Notes: generated from the letters alone by a model not told the origin. A stretch of 64,000 bases of DNA from Eubacteriales bacterium (GCA_045657485.1 JAZOTE010000063.1:107395-171394), one strand, 5' to 3'; positions 27,947-38,010 are shown, counted from the stretch's first letter. Program-made: numbers and translations.

Positions 27947-27988
27947 TTGGACACATTGTTTTAAGTTTATCCCGATTGACGTGTCCAA
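27947..27988. repeat. H8 hairpin (shorter stem, no recombinase stub)
   Basis: TTGGACACatt...GACGTGTCCAA with A-tract and T-tract flanks. Confidence 0.6.
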
Positions 27989-28107
27989 TATTTTATTTGA
28001 TCTCATATACTCAGACTCTGTTCAGAAGAATATTCTACGCTTCAAATCCATTTTTAATAACGACGTCAGCACTTCTTTTTATACGCCTTAGAAGGCATTA
28101 TACTCAA

Positions 28108-29130
28108 TTATTGACGAATAAATGCGTCGAAAACATTCCATGCGATATCTGCGTAAAAGCGATGTCCCTCGGAACCGACGACGAGCCTACAGCGATCAGG
28201 CACCCCCGCCTTTTCATAGATACTCTTTACTCTCTCAAATTCTCGCTGTGTAGCCTCAAACGGTTGAAGATGATCGTAAATACCGTTGACCGCGATCAAA
28301 TAACGCGGAGCGATCATCACGGCAAGATCCGCCATCTCAAAGTAATTCAGCATTCCGTAAATATAACTGCATCCGCAGTGGTAAATCCCACCCCACGCAT
28401 CAGTGATCGAACAGAATGAGGAGGACGGCATGGAAACTTTAATCCGTTCATCCATACACGCCGCATAATAGGAAGACGTACCGCCGCCGGAATTCCCCAT
28501 AACACCAATCTTGGATTTATCGATGAAATCAAACGTAGATGTCACGGCAGTAATAGCATTGGAGATGTCATAGATCCTTTGGCCCAGAAGCGTTTTACCT
28601 ACAAGAGCCGCTTGCCAAGAAAGCTCGTGGCAGCAATTATTTCCATCCGATTTATATGATAGTTCTCCAAATCCGCGTTGCTCCAAAGCAAGTGCGGCAT
28701 ATCCGCGCGATACCGCCTGTATGCAGAAATCGCGATCTCCCTCAACTACGATCGGTGCGCGCGATGGATAGCGCTCTCTTGCCAAGGAAACGTGCATTCC
28801 CGTAGAATGTCCTTGTAGGCAAATGACAAGCGGAATGGGCTCCTTTATCTGCTTTGGGAAAATAAGGTGTGCGGGAATAAAGAAGCCGGGCTCGCTCTCA
28901 AACAGAAAACGCACCTCGTCAAAGCGCGGATCATCCGTGTAGGTTTCTGGCGAAATTGCATAGCACACGTCAAGCGGTGTCGGCATTGAAATAAGATTTC
29001 GCAGCTTTTCGGATATCTTCCGTTTTTGACTGTCGAAATTCCCGCATGGGTCAAACCTCATGCTTTGATTGACCTGCTTTAATTTGTTATAGTTGAATGA
29101 AAACGGATCGGTAGGCTTGATAATGCTCAT
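28108..29130 (-). CDS. Alpha/beta hydrolase, acetyl-xylan-esterase-like
   Basis: AGGAG RBS before MSIIKP. GNSGGG nucleophile elbow. Confidence 0.6.
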   Translation of the reverse strand: MSIIKPTDPFSFNYNKLKQVNQSMRFDPCGNFDSQKRKISEKLRNLISMPTPLDVCYAISPETYTDDPRFDEVRFLFESEPGFFIPAHLIFPKQIKEPIPLVICLQGHSTGMHVSLARERYPSRAPIVVEGDRDFCIQAVSRGYAALALEQRGFGELSYKSDGNNCCHELSWQAALVGKTLLGQRIYDISNAITAVTSTFDFIDKSKIGVMGNSGGGTSSYYAACMDERIKVSMPSSSFCSITDAWGGIYHCGCSYIYGMLNYFEMADLAVMIAPRYLIAVNGIYDHLQPFEATQREFERVKSIYEKAGVPDRCRLVVGSEGHRFYADIAWNVFDAFIRQ

Positions 29131-29332
29131 GGCAACCACTCCTAGCATTTAAAATAATAGCATTATATCATAAATAAAAGCAACGATAGCGTCGGCGACG
29201 AAATGGATCACGTTTCAATAAATATCTGATTACACCGTGTCGACATTGTCGGATATCAATTGACTTTATTATATCACAAATTCGTTGTTTTTGCAATCGT
29301 TTATGAGAACGTTTTGTTAGATAACGATATCG

Positions 29333-29752
29333 TCAGCTTTGACAACGGTCGCGTCTTAATAATATGATAGCATTGCCGGCATTGCAAGGATAGATCAGCA
29401 TAGTTCTGTTCAATCTCTTGCTTACTACGTGATGATAATGCATCTGATTATCAATTCCCGGAACAGAGTAGTAAGTCGGTGGAAGTTCATCTATAGGCGA
29501 GCCACTTGGCGCAGAAACATTTATCATAAAATCTGCCGCGTTTTTTACAATTGATATTGCGATTTCTGCATTTTCCGAACTCAATTTAGCATAGTTCACC
29601 ATTGCGCCTATAATCGACGAATTCATCTTAGTCAAGAAAATACCGAGATGATAGTCGGTATTATATTTTCCCTCTGCCCACGCGCTGATACCTTCATTTT
29701 TAGCTGCAATTTCACACCCCTTACTAGTTATTTTCCTATATTTTAACATCAC
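29333..29752 (-). pseudogene. Internally deleted, 3'-truncated paralog of 13034-14572
   Basis: AEGKYNTDYHLGIFLTKMNSSIIGAMVNYAKLSSENAE...LIYPCNAG aligns to the parent. The 5' leader region is also similar. Confidence 0.65.
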
Positions 29753-29914
29753 GGAATGGAATTGTAAATGGAAAAAAGTGAGGTTTTTATGTGTTTAATC
29801 CATTTTGCGTGCCGTTTAATTTCTTTGCTGCCGCCTATTCTATAATTATCTCGCGCAGAACTTTCTCTCTCGGTAAGGCAGACGTTTTTCGTCACCGGGG
29901 AATAAATACGTTTT

Positions 29915-30772
29915 TCAGAGTATTTTTTTCTTATACTCGGACGGAGTGAGCTCCGTGTATTTTTTAAATACCTTAGTAAAGTACGTTGGACTCTCGAACT
30001 GCAGCTTTGATGAAACGGCGGAGGGGGAATATCCCTCGCGTAAAAGCTTCTTCGCCTCTTCTATCTTTATCATATTGTAATACTGCATAATAGAGTGTTC
30101 GGTGTTTTTTCTGAATATTACGTTTAGGAAAGTTTTGCTGTAATAGCTTTGCCGACTGATATCGTCTAGAGATAGCCTTTCGTATACGCTTGCCTTTAGC
30201 AGAGTGATGATATCGTTGACGAGATTGTTTTCCAGCTCTATGCTGTTCATCACGAATTTTATGTTCATATTACTGTTTGATTCGTTTCTGACAAGGCTGA
30301 CGAGCAATCGCTCTATATTATTTTCCACGAGCTGCTGCGCGCCGAAAAGGGGAGCTGAAAGCAGCTTTAACTTTCTGTTAAACGGAAACGTAAAGGCGTT
30401 TTTTGATTCCTTTATTATATCGTAAATTATAGCCTTGGTTTCCTTGTTCAGAGCGATTCTTTTGTCGAGTATAGAAAGCGTTTCGGCGCTTGACCTGAAG
30501 CACACTATGAATATTGATGCGGTAGCATTGCGTTTCGCCTCGTAGGAGTGCTCTCTTTCGGGCGGTATCAGATAGAAATCGCTCTGCTTTAATTCAAGCC
30601 TTTCCTCACCTACGTTACATATTATAGCGCCGGAATCTATATAAACGAATTCATAAAAATCGTGTATTTCGGCAGGGTAGGTAAAGCTCTGCGATATATC
30701 AAGCGATTCTATAGTTACCAGACTTTCCACCACCACCGCTTTTTTTATCTTATGGTTAAAGTATTTTTTCAT
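29915..30772 (-). CDS. AraC family transcriptional regulator
   Basis: AAAGGAGA RBS before MKKYF. C-terminal HTH reads ...VSSKLQFESPTYFTKVFKKYTELTPSEYKK. Confidence 0.8.
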   Translation of the reverse strand: MKKYFNHKIKKAVVVESLVTIESLDISQSFTYPAEIHDFYEFVYIDSGAIICNVGEERLELKQSDFYLIPPEREHSYEAKRNATASIFIVCFRSSAETLSILDKRIALNKETKAIIYDIIKESKNAFTFPFNRKLKLLSAPLFGAQQLVENNIERLLVSLVRNESNSNMNIKFVMNSIELENNLVNDIITLLKASVYERLSLDDISRQSYYSKTFLNVIFRKNTEHSIMQYYNMIKIEEAKKLLREGYSPSAVSSKLQFESPTYFTKVFKKYTELTPSEYKKKIL

Positions 30773-30960
30773 TTTTTTCTCCTTTATCTCAAGTATATCA
30801 GACCAAAGCGGTAAAATCAAGCAATGCGGTCAAAAAAATGGAAAAAAACATATTCTACTCTACCTTACTTTTATAAATTACCATTTCTGTTTTATTTTTT
30901 ACCTTGTTGAAGAAAAAACAGTATGCTAAAATAAAGGAGAAAAAACAGGGAGGCAAAAAA

Positions 30961-32355
30961 ATGAAGGTTATAGTAGCATCCTTTCAGTGTGAATCAAACA
31001 GCAGAGCAGGGCTGCATCCCACCCGATCGGATTTTGAATATTTCTCCGGTGAGGATATATTTCGCAAGCTCGTGGTCCGTGACGTATTCACCGACGCCGG
31101 AATAGAGGTTATTCCGTCTATCTACGCAAATGCGCTGCCGTCGGCAACGGTGGAGCGTGACGTTTACGAGTATTACAAAAATCAGATTATCAATACCGTC
31201 AGACAGCATCCCGATGCGGACGGTATATATATCTACGTCCACGGCAGTATGGAGGTGGACGGCATTGGCAGCGGAGAATTACAGCTTGTTCGTGAAATAC
31301 GTGATATAGTAAGTCCCGAATGTCTAATAGCGTTTACTATGGATCTGCACGCAAATATTACCGACGAACTTTCAAGCTTCGTAAACATAATATGCGGCTA
31401 CAAAACCGCGCCCCACGTTGATCAGACGGAGAGTCAACTCCGTGCCGCGCGAGCGCTCGTCTACTGTCTTAAAAATAACGTGAAACCCAAAACATACGTG
31501 CAGAAAATACCAATGCTTGTCAAGGGAGATACTATGCTCACGGCAAACGAGCCTCTTAAAACACTTGAGAGAGAAACGGCTGAGCTTGAGAAGAGGGAAG
31601 ATATATTCGGCGTGAATATGTTCTTCGGTCACTGCTGGATTGATGCTCCAAACACGTCAGCGTCTGTCGTTGTATCGGCAAATAGCGAAAATACGGCGGA
31701 GCAAATTGCGAAAGAATACGGAAATAAACTGTGGCAGACAAGGCGCGAATATAAATTTCTTATTGAAGCGGAGTCGGCTGAGGAGTGCGTTAGACGAGCA
31801 ATATCCGGTACCGAACATCGCATATTCATCACCGATAGCGGAGATAACACCACTGCAGGCGCGGAGGGCAATACCGTAGAGCTTCTCGCCGAGATTCTTC
31901 GGGCAAAGCCTGAGAAAAAAACCTGCGTTGCAGGTATAACCGATAAAAATTTAGTAGAAAAAGGCTACAGCCTTGAAATAGGCTCGCCGATAGACATCGG
32001 TATAGACGGCGCAGCCGGCGCTACCGTTTCGTCAAAGGGCGTGATTTTGGGATGGGCAAAGGAGATAATAGGCAGAAGCCTTACCGTTACGGTCGGTAAC
32101 GTCGATATAATTTACACGGAGCTTCGCTCGGCATTTATTGAGAAGGGTAATTTTGATAAGGCAAACGCTGATCTTCTTTCCTACAGAATAGTCGTCGTAA
32201 AGCTTGGATATCTCTTTGAGGAGCTGAAGCCATACGCGGACAGAGAGCTTTTCGCTCTCACTGACGGCGCCAGCTGCGTGGAGCTCGCCAGACTTGGCTT
32301 GAAGCGTATCGTGCGGCCTATGTTTCCGCTTGACGATTTCGAATGGGAGGCGTAA
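30961..32355 (+). CDS. M81 family (MlrC-like) metallopeptidase
   Basis: GGGAGG RBS. N-terminus MKVIVASFQCESNS resembles the MlrC/DUF1485 opener. Confidence 0.55.
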   Translation: MKVIVASFQCESNSRAGLHPTRSDFEYFSGEDIFRKLVVRDVFTDAGIEVIPSIYANALPSATVERDVYEYYKNQIINTVRQHPDADGIYIYVHGSMEVDGIGSGELQLVREIRDIVSPECLIAFTMDLHANITDELSSFVNIICGYKTAPHVDQTESQLRAARALVYCLKNNVKPKTYVQKIPMLVKGDTMLTANEPLKTLERETAELEKREDIFGVNMFFGHCWIDAPNTSASVVVSANSENTAEQIAKEYGNKLWQTRREYKFLIEAESAEECVRRAISGTEHRIFITDSGDNTTAGAEGNTVELLAEILRAKPEKKTCVAGITDKNLVEKGYSLEIGSPIDIGIDGAAGATVSSKGVILGWAKEIIGRSLTVTVGNVDIIYTELRSAFIEKGNFDKANADLLSYRIVVVKLGYLFEELKPYADRELFALTDGASCVELARLGLKRIVRPMFPLDDFEWEA

Positions 32356-32408
32356 TACCTCCGCGCTTGTATTTTATCTAAAAAATTTATACATAAAGGA
32401 GTAAAACA

Positions 32409-33581
32409 ATGGCTTATTACAACAAAAAGGAAACCGACGAAAGAGTTGCAAAGGTGGTTAAGCTTTTGAACGAACGCGATACGGATATCGCTGTCATATA
32501 TTTCGACGAGCTTAACGTAGCTAACGGCTGGTATCTCACCGGCTGGTGCGGTCAGTTTGAGAAGGGAGCTGTGCTCGTAGGACGCGACGGTACCACTATG
32601 CTTCTCGGAGGTCCGGAAAGTGAACCCTTCGCTAAGCAGGATTCGGCTATAACCGACGTTCGTTGCTTCCCTGTATTTATGGTGCCCGATGAGGAATATC
32701 CTCTCGCTACCATTATTTCCTTCGCTGATCTTTTCAAGGAGCTTTCTGCTAAATTCCCCGTAAAGAGAGTCGGTCTTGTTGGTATTACAGATATGCCCTA
32801 CGCAGTGCATCGCGATCTTTCCGCAGGCTTTGAGGGCTGCGAGATCGTAGACCTTACAGACGATTATCTTAAATTCAGATACGTTAAGAGTGATTGGGAG
32901 GTAGAGCAGGCGAGAGCTGCTACCCGACTCGCTTGCAAAGCGTATAAGGCTATGGCTGAAAAGGTTAAGGCCGGAAATAAGGAGTACGAGGTTGCCGCGG
33001 CCGGCGAGACGGTTTGCCGTGAGGCAGGCGCAGACAGCTTTGCTTACAGAACCATCGTAGGCAGCGGTATACGCTCAAACGCCGTCGTTCCCACGGCCAC
33101 GAACAAGGTGATGGAGGACGGTGAGATGGTTATGCTCGGTATTGCTCCCCGTATCAACGGCTACGCAGGTACCTTCGGTCATACCGTTCCCGTAAGCGGC
33201 GAGTACACCCCTGAGCAGAGAAAGTGCCTTATCGATATGATCGAGGTTATGAAGGTTACCAAGTCTATGCTCAAGATCGGCAAGAGCGGCCGTGAAATCG
33301 ACGCTGAGGGCAGAAAGCTCTATGAAAAGGGCGGGTATCTCAAGTATCTCGTTTGCCCCTTCGCGCACACGATGGGTCTTATGGAAGCAGAGGCTCCGTT
33401 CTTCGGTCCTAACAGCGACGACGTGTTGGAGAAAAATATGATAATCAACGTTGACGTGTCCTTCTTCGGCCATCCCACTCTCAACGGTTTGCGTGTAGAA
33501 ACCTGCTACGTTATTACCGAAAACGGCGCAGAGCCCCTTTGCCCCGAATTTGAAGAAGAGCTTTTCAACTACGTAAAGTAA
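32409..33581 (+). CDS. M24 family metallopeptidase (Xaa-Pro peptidase/creatinase-like)
   Basis: Pita-bread C-terminal domain layout (...MVMLGIAPRINGYAGTFGHT...INVDVSFF...ETCYVITENG). Confidence 0.6.
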   Translation: MAYYNKKETDERVAKVVKLLNERDTDIAVIYFDELNVANGWYLTGWCGQFEKGAVLVGRDGTTMLLGGPESEPFAKQDSAITDVRCFPVFMVPDEEYPLATIISFADLFKELSAKFPVKRVGLVGITDMPYAVHRDLSAGFEGCEIVDLTDDYLKFRYVKSDWEVEQARAATRLACKAYKAMAEKVKAGNKEYEVAAAGETVCREAGADSFAYRTIVGSGIRSNAVVPTATNKVMEDGEMVMLGIAPRINGYAGTFGHTVPVSGEYTPEQRKCLIDMIEVMKVTKSMLKIGKSGREIDAEGRKLYEKGGYLKYLVCPFAHTMGLMEAEAPFFGPNSDDVLEKNMIINVDVSFFGHPTLNGLRVETCYVITENGAEPLCPEFEEELFNYVK

Positions 33582-33594
33582 GGAGGACATAGAG

Positions 33595-33957
33595 ATGAAC
33601 GGTAAGAAAAACTGGGTCTTCTGTGACGGAGATCTTCCGCCTCACGGAGATAATCCCGATTTCCTTGGTCACGAGGCTCTTATGATCACCAACGTAGGTA
33701 AAAAGGATGCGAAAATTCGCATAAAGGTGCTTTTTGAGGATAAGCCTCCATACGATAATATTACTATCGATCTTCCTGCAGAGCGCACGACCTGTCTACG
33801 TCTTGATTATCCTATTGGCAAGGAACAGTATCAGATTCCATTCGGTCAGTACGCCCTCCATATCAAATCTAACGTCCCCGTCTGCGCGTGCTTTGGCAGA
33901 CTGGACGTCAGACAGACCAATATGGCGTATTACTCTCTAGCAGGCTATTCGTTCTAA
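33595..33957 (+). CDS. Sensory-rhodopsin-transducer (ASRT) family protein
   Basis: 120 aa. The W..CDG.LPPHG..P.F.GHE.L.I.N.G..DA...I...FED..P......LPAERT...RLD...IP...YA..I.SNVP...FGRLD.RQ pattern matches ASRT as I remember it. Confidence 0.55.
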   Translation: MNGKKNWVFCDGDLPPHGDNPDFLGHEALMITNVGKKDAKIRIKVLFEDKPPYDNITIDLPAERTTCLRLDYPIGKEQYQIPFGQYALHIKSNVPVCACFGRLDVRQTNMAYYSLAGYSF

Positions 33958-34243
33958 AAAATTCAGCATAAGCGAAAAGCATAACGCCACATTCGCTGAA
34001 TAACTTTGCAAGTAATTAAATTTTAAAGAGGAGTATGGGTTAGCGTGATAATCTTAACGGAGCATCACGCAACTCTATTCGCCTTTGGAGAGTTCTGTTG
34101 CTACGCTGTTATATTCGGCTTACGCTGAGTAGTATTTGCTTCGCAAGTTTTATGGCGAATAGAATATCACTGAAGCTATAAGGATTGAATGTCACTGTCG
34201 CTGTGCGACGATATCACTCTTTGCGTCAGCAAATAATATTATT

Positions 34244-35168
34244 TTATACTAACAAAAAAAGAGCAGACGTACAAGATTTGTATCTTGCGTGTTTGCTCTT
34301 TCTGCTTGTTAAGGGGTTCGCCGATACGGTCAGAGTGAAGTGTTCGCTTACACTTGCGTAAGCTTTTGCAGAGGATACTCTGAAATGGAAAGGAACTCGT
34401 ACGCCGTCACTCGTTAAAAGCCGTCTTGTAATAACGTCGCTCCATTCTCCAAGCTTGATGATCGGAGCATTTTTTGCTTCTGTTTCATCTGTTCCGATAC
34501 GAACTCCGTCCGATTCGGTGACAATGATCCATTTATGCTCCTCCACCTCTTCGATTCTATATCTTTTGTCGGCATATATCGGGGAGAAGCTGTATACTCC
34601 TCGGCTTAAGATATTATACGAACTCTCGCCTTCGATTTTTGTCCATGCGCCACCGGCCTTTGTCTTAACCATATCTACGGTTTTGGCCAAATTCTCGTTT
34701 GTAAAAAAATGTTGTGGAATACCTGAAATATAAGTTTCCGCAGGGCAAGCATCGGGAGTGATGGTGACACCGCCTAAAACCTGTAAAACACCGTCGCATT
34801 TGGCAGGAGCCGAGCTCGGTACGTCTAGTATCAAAGATCTCTTTCCGATTTTTGCAGCAGCCTCCCAGAATCTTTCGACGTAAATATTTGAGCTGTGATA
34901 AGGAGTTACGTAATTTGTTGGAAACGTGCCGTCAATATGCACTTGATGACATAAAGCACCGTTAACCGATGGCACAGATCCACTGGAAATCGCGGTCCAA
35001 CAGGTCGGTGTGATGCTTGGAAAGACCGTCATACAGTCATTAAAGAAAACACCCCGCTTTATAAATAAGCTTGGCAAATCCGGGGAGTAATCCGCGATCA
35101 ACGGCATCCTTTATGTATCCGGGAGAGGCACCGTCTATACCGAAAATCAAGAGTTCAGGATATTTCAT
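34244..35168 (-). pseudogene. Alkaline-phosphatase-superfamily (phosphodiesterase-like) gene, frameshifted near codon 40 and 3'-truncated
   Basis: GGAG RBS, then MKYPELLIFGIDGASPGYIKDAVDRGLLPGFAKLIYKAGCFL* in one frame. It continues as ...GVFFNDCMTVFPSITPTCWTAISSGS in another frame. Sense is lost after ...PFHFRV (~34376). Confidence 0.6.
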
Positions 35169-35434
35169 TACTCAAATCTCCTTTTTGAAAATACGTTTTG
35201 ATTTTATCATACTAGCATATACGTTGTAAATATAAAATTGTAAAAATGTTATCCGATACAGCGAACGATAATATCAGAAAAGGAAAGCATCGCTATTATC
35301 GTTCACGACTATTCACTGTTAGGTGGTTGACAGGCATTTCACAAAAAATAATGTTAAAAAAACTTGATTTTTTCAACGGAAAGTGATATAATCTTTAAGC
35401 ACTAAAAAATCGTAGAGAAAATCGGCGGTAATTA

Positions 35435-35971
35435 ATGAAAACAATAGCACTTATTTCGGGAATTTCAGGAGTCGCGCTATATCTTTTGTGTTTTCAGCTA
35501 AAGGATGGCAAAAGGATCATAGCTTGCAAGCTTCTTTCCAGCATTCTGTACGTTATACAGTATTTTCTGCTCGGAGCATTCGTAGGCGCGGCTATGGACA
35601 CGGCGGCATTCATTGCCTCGGCTTTTGCATATAAGAAAAACACTCCGCTTATCCGCAAATATAAAACACCTATAATTATTGCAACGTCAATAGTAATAAT
35701 CACCGTAGGCTTAATGCTCTACGTCGATCCTATCAGCCTATTGCCTATAGCCGGAGTTCTCTTTGAAACTGCTGCAAGCTGGATGGAGAGGGAGAAGATG
35801 ATACGCATTGTATCACTGTTCTCGGTGCCGTGTTGGCTTGTATATAATTTTGTTTCGGGCGCATACGGTTCTGCTGTGGGTAGCGTTTTATCCTTTGTCT
35901 CTATCGTGACGGCTCTTATCCGTTACTCAAAGCTAAATAAAAAGCAAAGCGATGCGCAGCAAAATTCGTGA
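35435..35971 (+). CDS. YgjV-like inner membrane protein
   Basis: Paralog of 14919-15446. Confidence 0.55.
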   Translation: MKTIALISGISGVALYLLCFQLKDGKRIIACKLLSSILYVIQYFLLGAFVGAAMDTAAFIASAFAYKKNTPLIRKYKTPIIIATSIVIITVGLMLYVDPISLLPIAGVLFETAASWMEREKMIRIVSLFSVPCWLVYNFVSGAYGSAVGSVLSFVSIVTALIRYSKLNKKQSDAQQNS

Positions 35972-36399
35972 TGTCCTTAACGGAGAATTTTTACTTTGAC
36001 AACGGCGTGAGCATCGAATTTGACCGGTCAAATTCTTTATGGGCAAAGCCCAAACTCATATACGTGAACCTCTGAGCCTCGGTTTTTGGCTCAGTGACCC
36101 ATAAACAAGCAGAGCAGAGCAAGAGCGGAAGGAAATTCTTCTATTCTTGCTCTGTTCGTTTTATGTATGAATTGATGCTGACGCATCACGAATCGGCTTT
36201 GCTATGATTTCTCTCTTCGCTCCGTGAATTGAATAGCAACGGGTTTTATGTTCGTAGGGTATGCAGTTTACTACAATTCACGCAGCACCGTTGCAATTCA
36301 TTACGCGTTCTCCGTTAATGATAACACGCGCATTGCCGTCTGTCGTTTGTTTTGAATAAAAACGATCAAAAACGCAGCCCAGAAAGAGCCGTTTTGTTA

Positions 36400-36428
36400 T
36401 TGACAGCGCAGTGTGTGTATGATACAAT
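36400..36428 (+). promoter_or_regulatory. Sigma-A-type promoter
   Basis: TTGACA-N17-TACAAT. Confidence 0.55.
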
Positions 36429-36492
36429 AAGGCTGTAGCTTAACATGCTTTGTTGATCTGCTGCGAAATATAATAGAATATATGGAGGCAAA

Positions 36493-38010
36493 ATGATAAA
36501 TATAGGTTCTAGACGCGAAGTGTTTTTTGATAATTTTCTCATAAACGAGAAAAAAACTACGGCAGAGCAGAGAATTCATCATCCTGTTCGTAAGGGTATA
36601 GCGCTTTCTCACGATGAAAAGTGGGAGGGAAACCATTGTCTTTTTTCAAGCGTGTTTTTTGCCGACGGTAAATGGAAGTTCTATTACAGAAGCGGATCCG
36701 GCGAACCCGGTCACTCTACCTATATTTCATACGCCGAGAGTCTAGATGGCATCAGCTGGTATAAGCCGAATCTCGGTCTTGTTGATATAGACGGCTCTAC
36801 GCAAAACAACGCGGTGCTCGATTCGGTTTCGATACAGAAATGGGGGGCAAAGCACTGTAACGACTGCTATGTTTTCTATGATACCAACCCCGCCTGTCCG
36901 CCCGAACAGAAATATAAGGCGGTAATGTCCACCGGAGGCGACGATACCCTTATTTCCCTCGTTAGCCCCGATGGCTTCCACTTTGAGTATTTTGGTTTAA
37001 TGACGGATAAGGGCGCATTTGATTCACTGAATCTTGCATTCTGGAGTGAGGAGCACGGCAAATATTTCTGCTATTTCAGATGGGAGCATATTCCGAATGG
37101 AGAGGCTAATTCCGACGAATACTCATATCTTCAGCCAACGGCGGATAAGCTCTGGGATTGGGACAGCTGGTCAACGCGTCCGGCAGGACCGGAGGATGAG
37201 CCTGCTAAGATGATGCGTGACGTTCACGTTATGGAATCACCGGACTTTATCCATTGGACAAAGAGTCAGCTTATAGGACTAAAGGACGATAGGGTTCAGC
37301 TGTATACCAGTATCGTATCCCCGTATCCACGTGCGCCTCACGTTTTCGTCGCTTTTCCAACCCGATACCACGAGCGTAAGGAATGGACTCCAAACTACGA
37401 TCAGCTCTGCGGAAGAGATGACCGTCTTCGTCGAATAAAAAGACAGTACGCGAGATCGGGTCTTGTTATTACCGACGGTCTGTTTATGTGCTCGCGTGAC
37501 GGCTACAATTTCGAGCGTTACGACGAGGCGTTCCTGCCACCTCCCGTCGAACACCGTTATTCTTGGGTTTACGGTGACTGCTACTTTACCGCAGGACTTA
37601 TAGAAACTAGGTCCGATATTCCGTGGGCAGATAACGAATATTCCCTCTTCGTAGGAGAGAATTATGGCTGCAGTAAGGGTTATGACGTACTTGTGAGATA
37701 TACTATTCGTCTTGACGGCTTTGTTTCACGCCACAGCGGCGATACTGAGAAGCTTCTCGTTACCAAGGACTTTATATATGACGGTAACGATCTCTATGCA
37801 AACCTTGCCACCTCAGCCAAGGGTCACGCATATTTCACCTTGAGATGCGGTGACGAAGAATACCGTTCCTATGAAATATTTGGTAATTCCGTTGATAAAA
37901 AAATCAGCTTTAAGGATCCCGAAGCGGTAAAAAAGCTCTCCGGCAAGCCCGTTATTCTGGAGGTTGAGCTTCTTGATGCGGACATTTACGCGATACGCTT
38001 CGGTGAGTAA
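36493..38010 (+). CDS. Hypothetical 505-aa protein, possible beta-propeller-type glycosidase
   Basis: GGAGG RBS. WEG...YYR...YAESLDGISWYKPNLG pattern. Function uncertain. Confidence 0.45.
   Translation: MINIGSRREVFFDNFLINEKKTTAEQRIHHPVRKGIALSHDEKWEGNHCLFSSVFFADGKWKFYYRSGSGEPGHSTYISYAESLDGISWYKPNLGLVDIDGSTQNNAVLDSVSIQKWGAKHCNDCYVFYDTNPACPPEQKYKAVMSTGGDDTLISLVSPDGFHFEYFGLMTDKGAFDSLNLAFWSEEHGKYFCYFRWEHIPNGEANSDEYSYLQPTADKLWDWDSWSTRPAGPEDEPAKMMRDVHVMESPDFIHWTKSQLIGLKDDRVQLYTSIVSPYPRAPHVFVAFPTRYHERKEWTPNYDQLCGRDDRLRRIKRQYARSGLVITDGLFMCSRDGYNFERYDEAFLPPPVEHRYSWVYGDCYFTAGLIETRSDIPWADNEYSLFVGENYGCSKGYDVLVRYTIRLDGFVSRHSGDTEKLLVTKDFIYDGNDLYANLATSAKGHAYFTLRCGDEEYRSYEIFGNSVDKKISFKDPEAVKKLSGKPVILEVELLDADIYAIRFGE

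Noticed and set aside
359-27988. CRISPR array formed by the repeated hairpins
   Set aside because: Repeats are 1-12 kb apart and separated by full genes. There are no regularly sized spacers and no cas genes.
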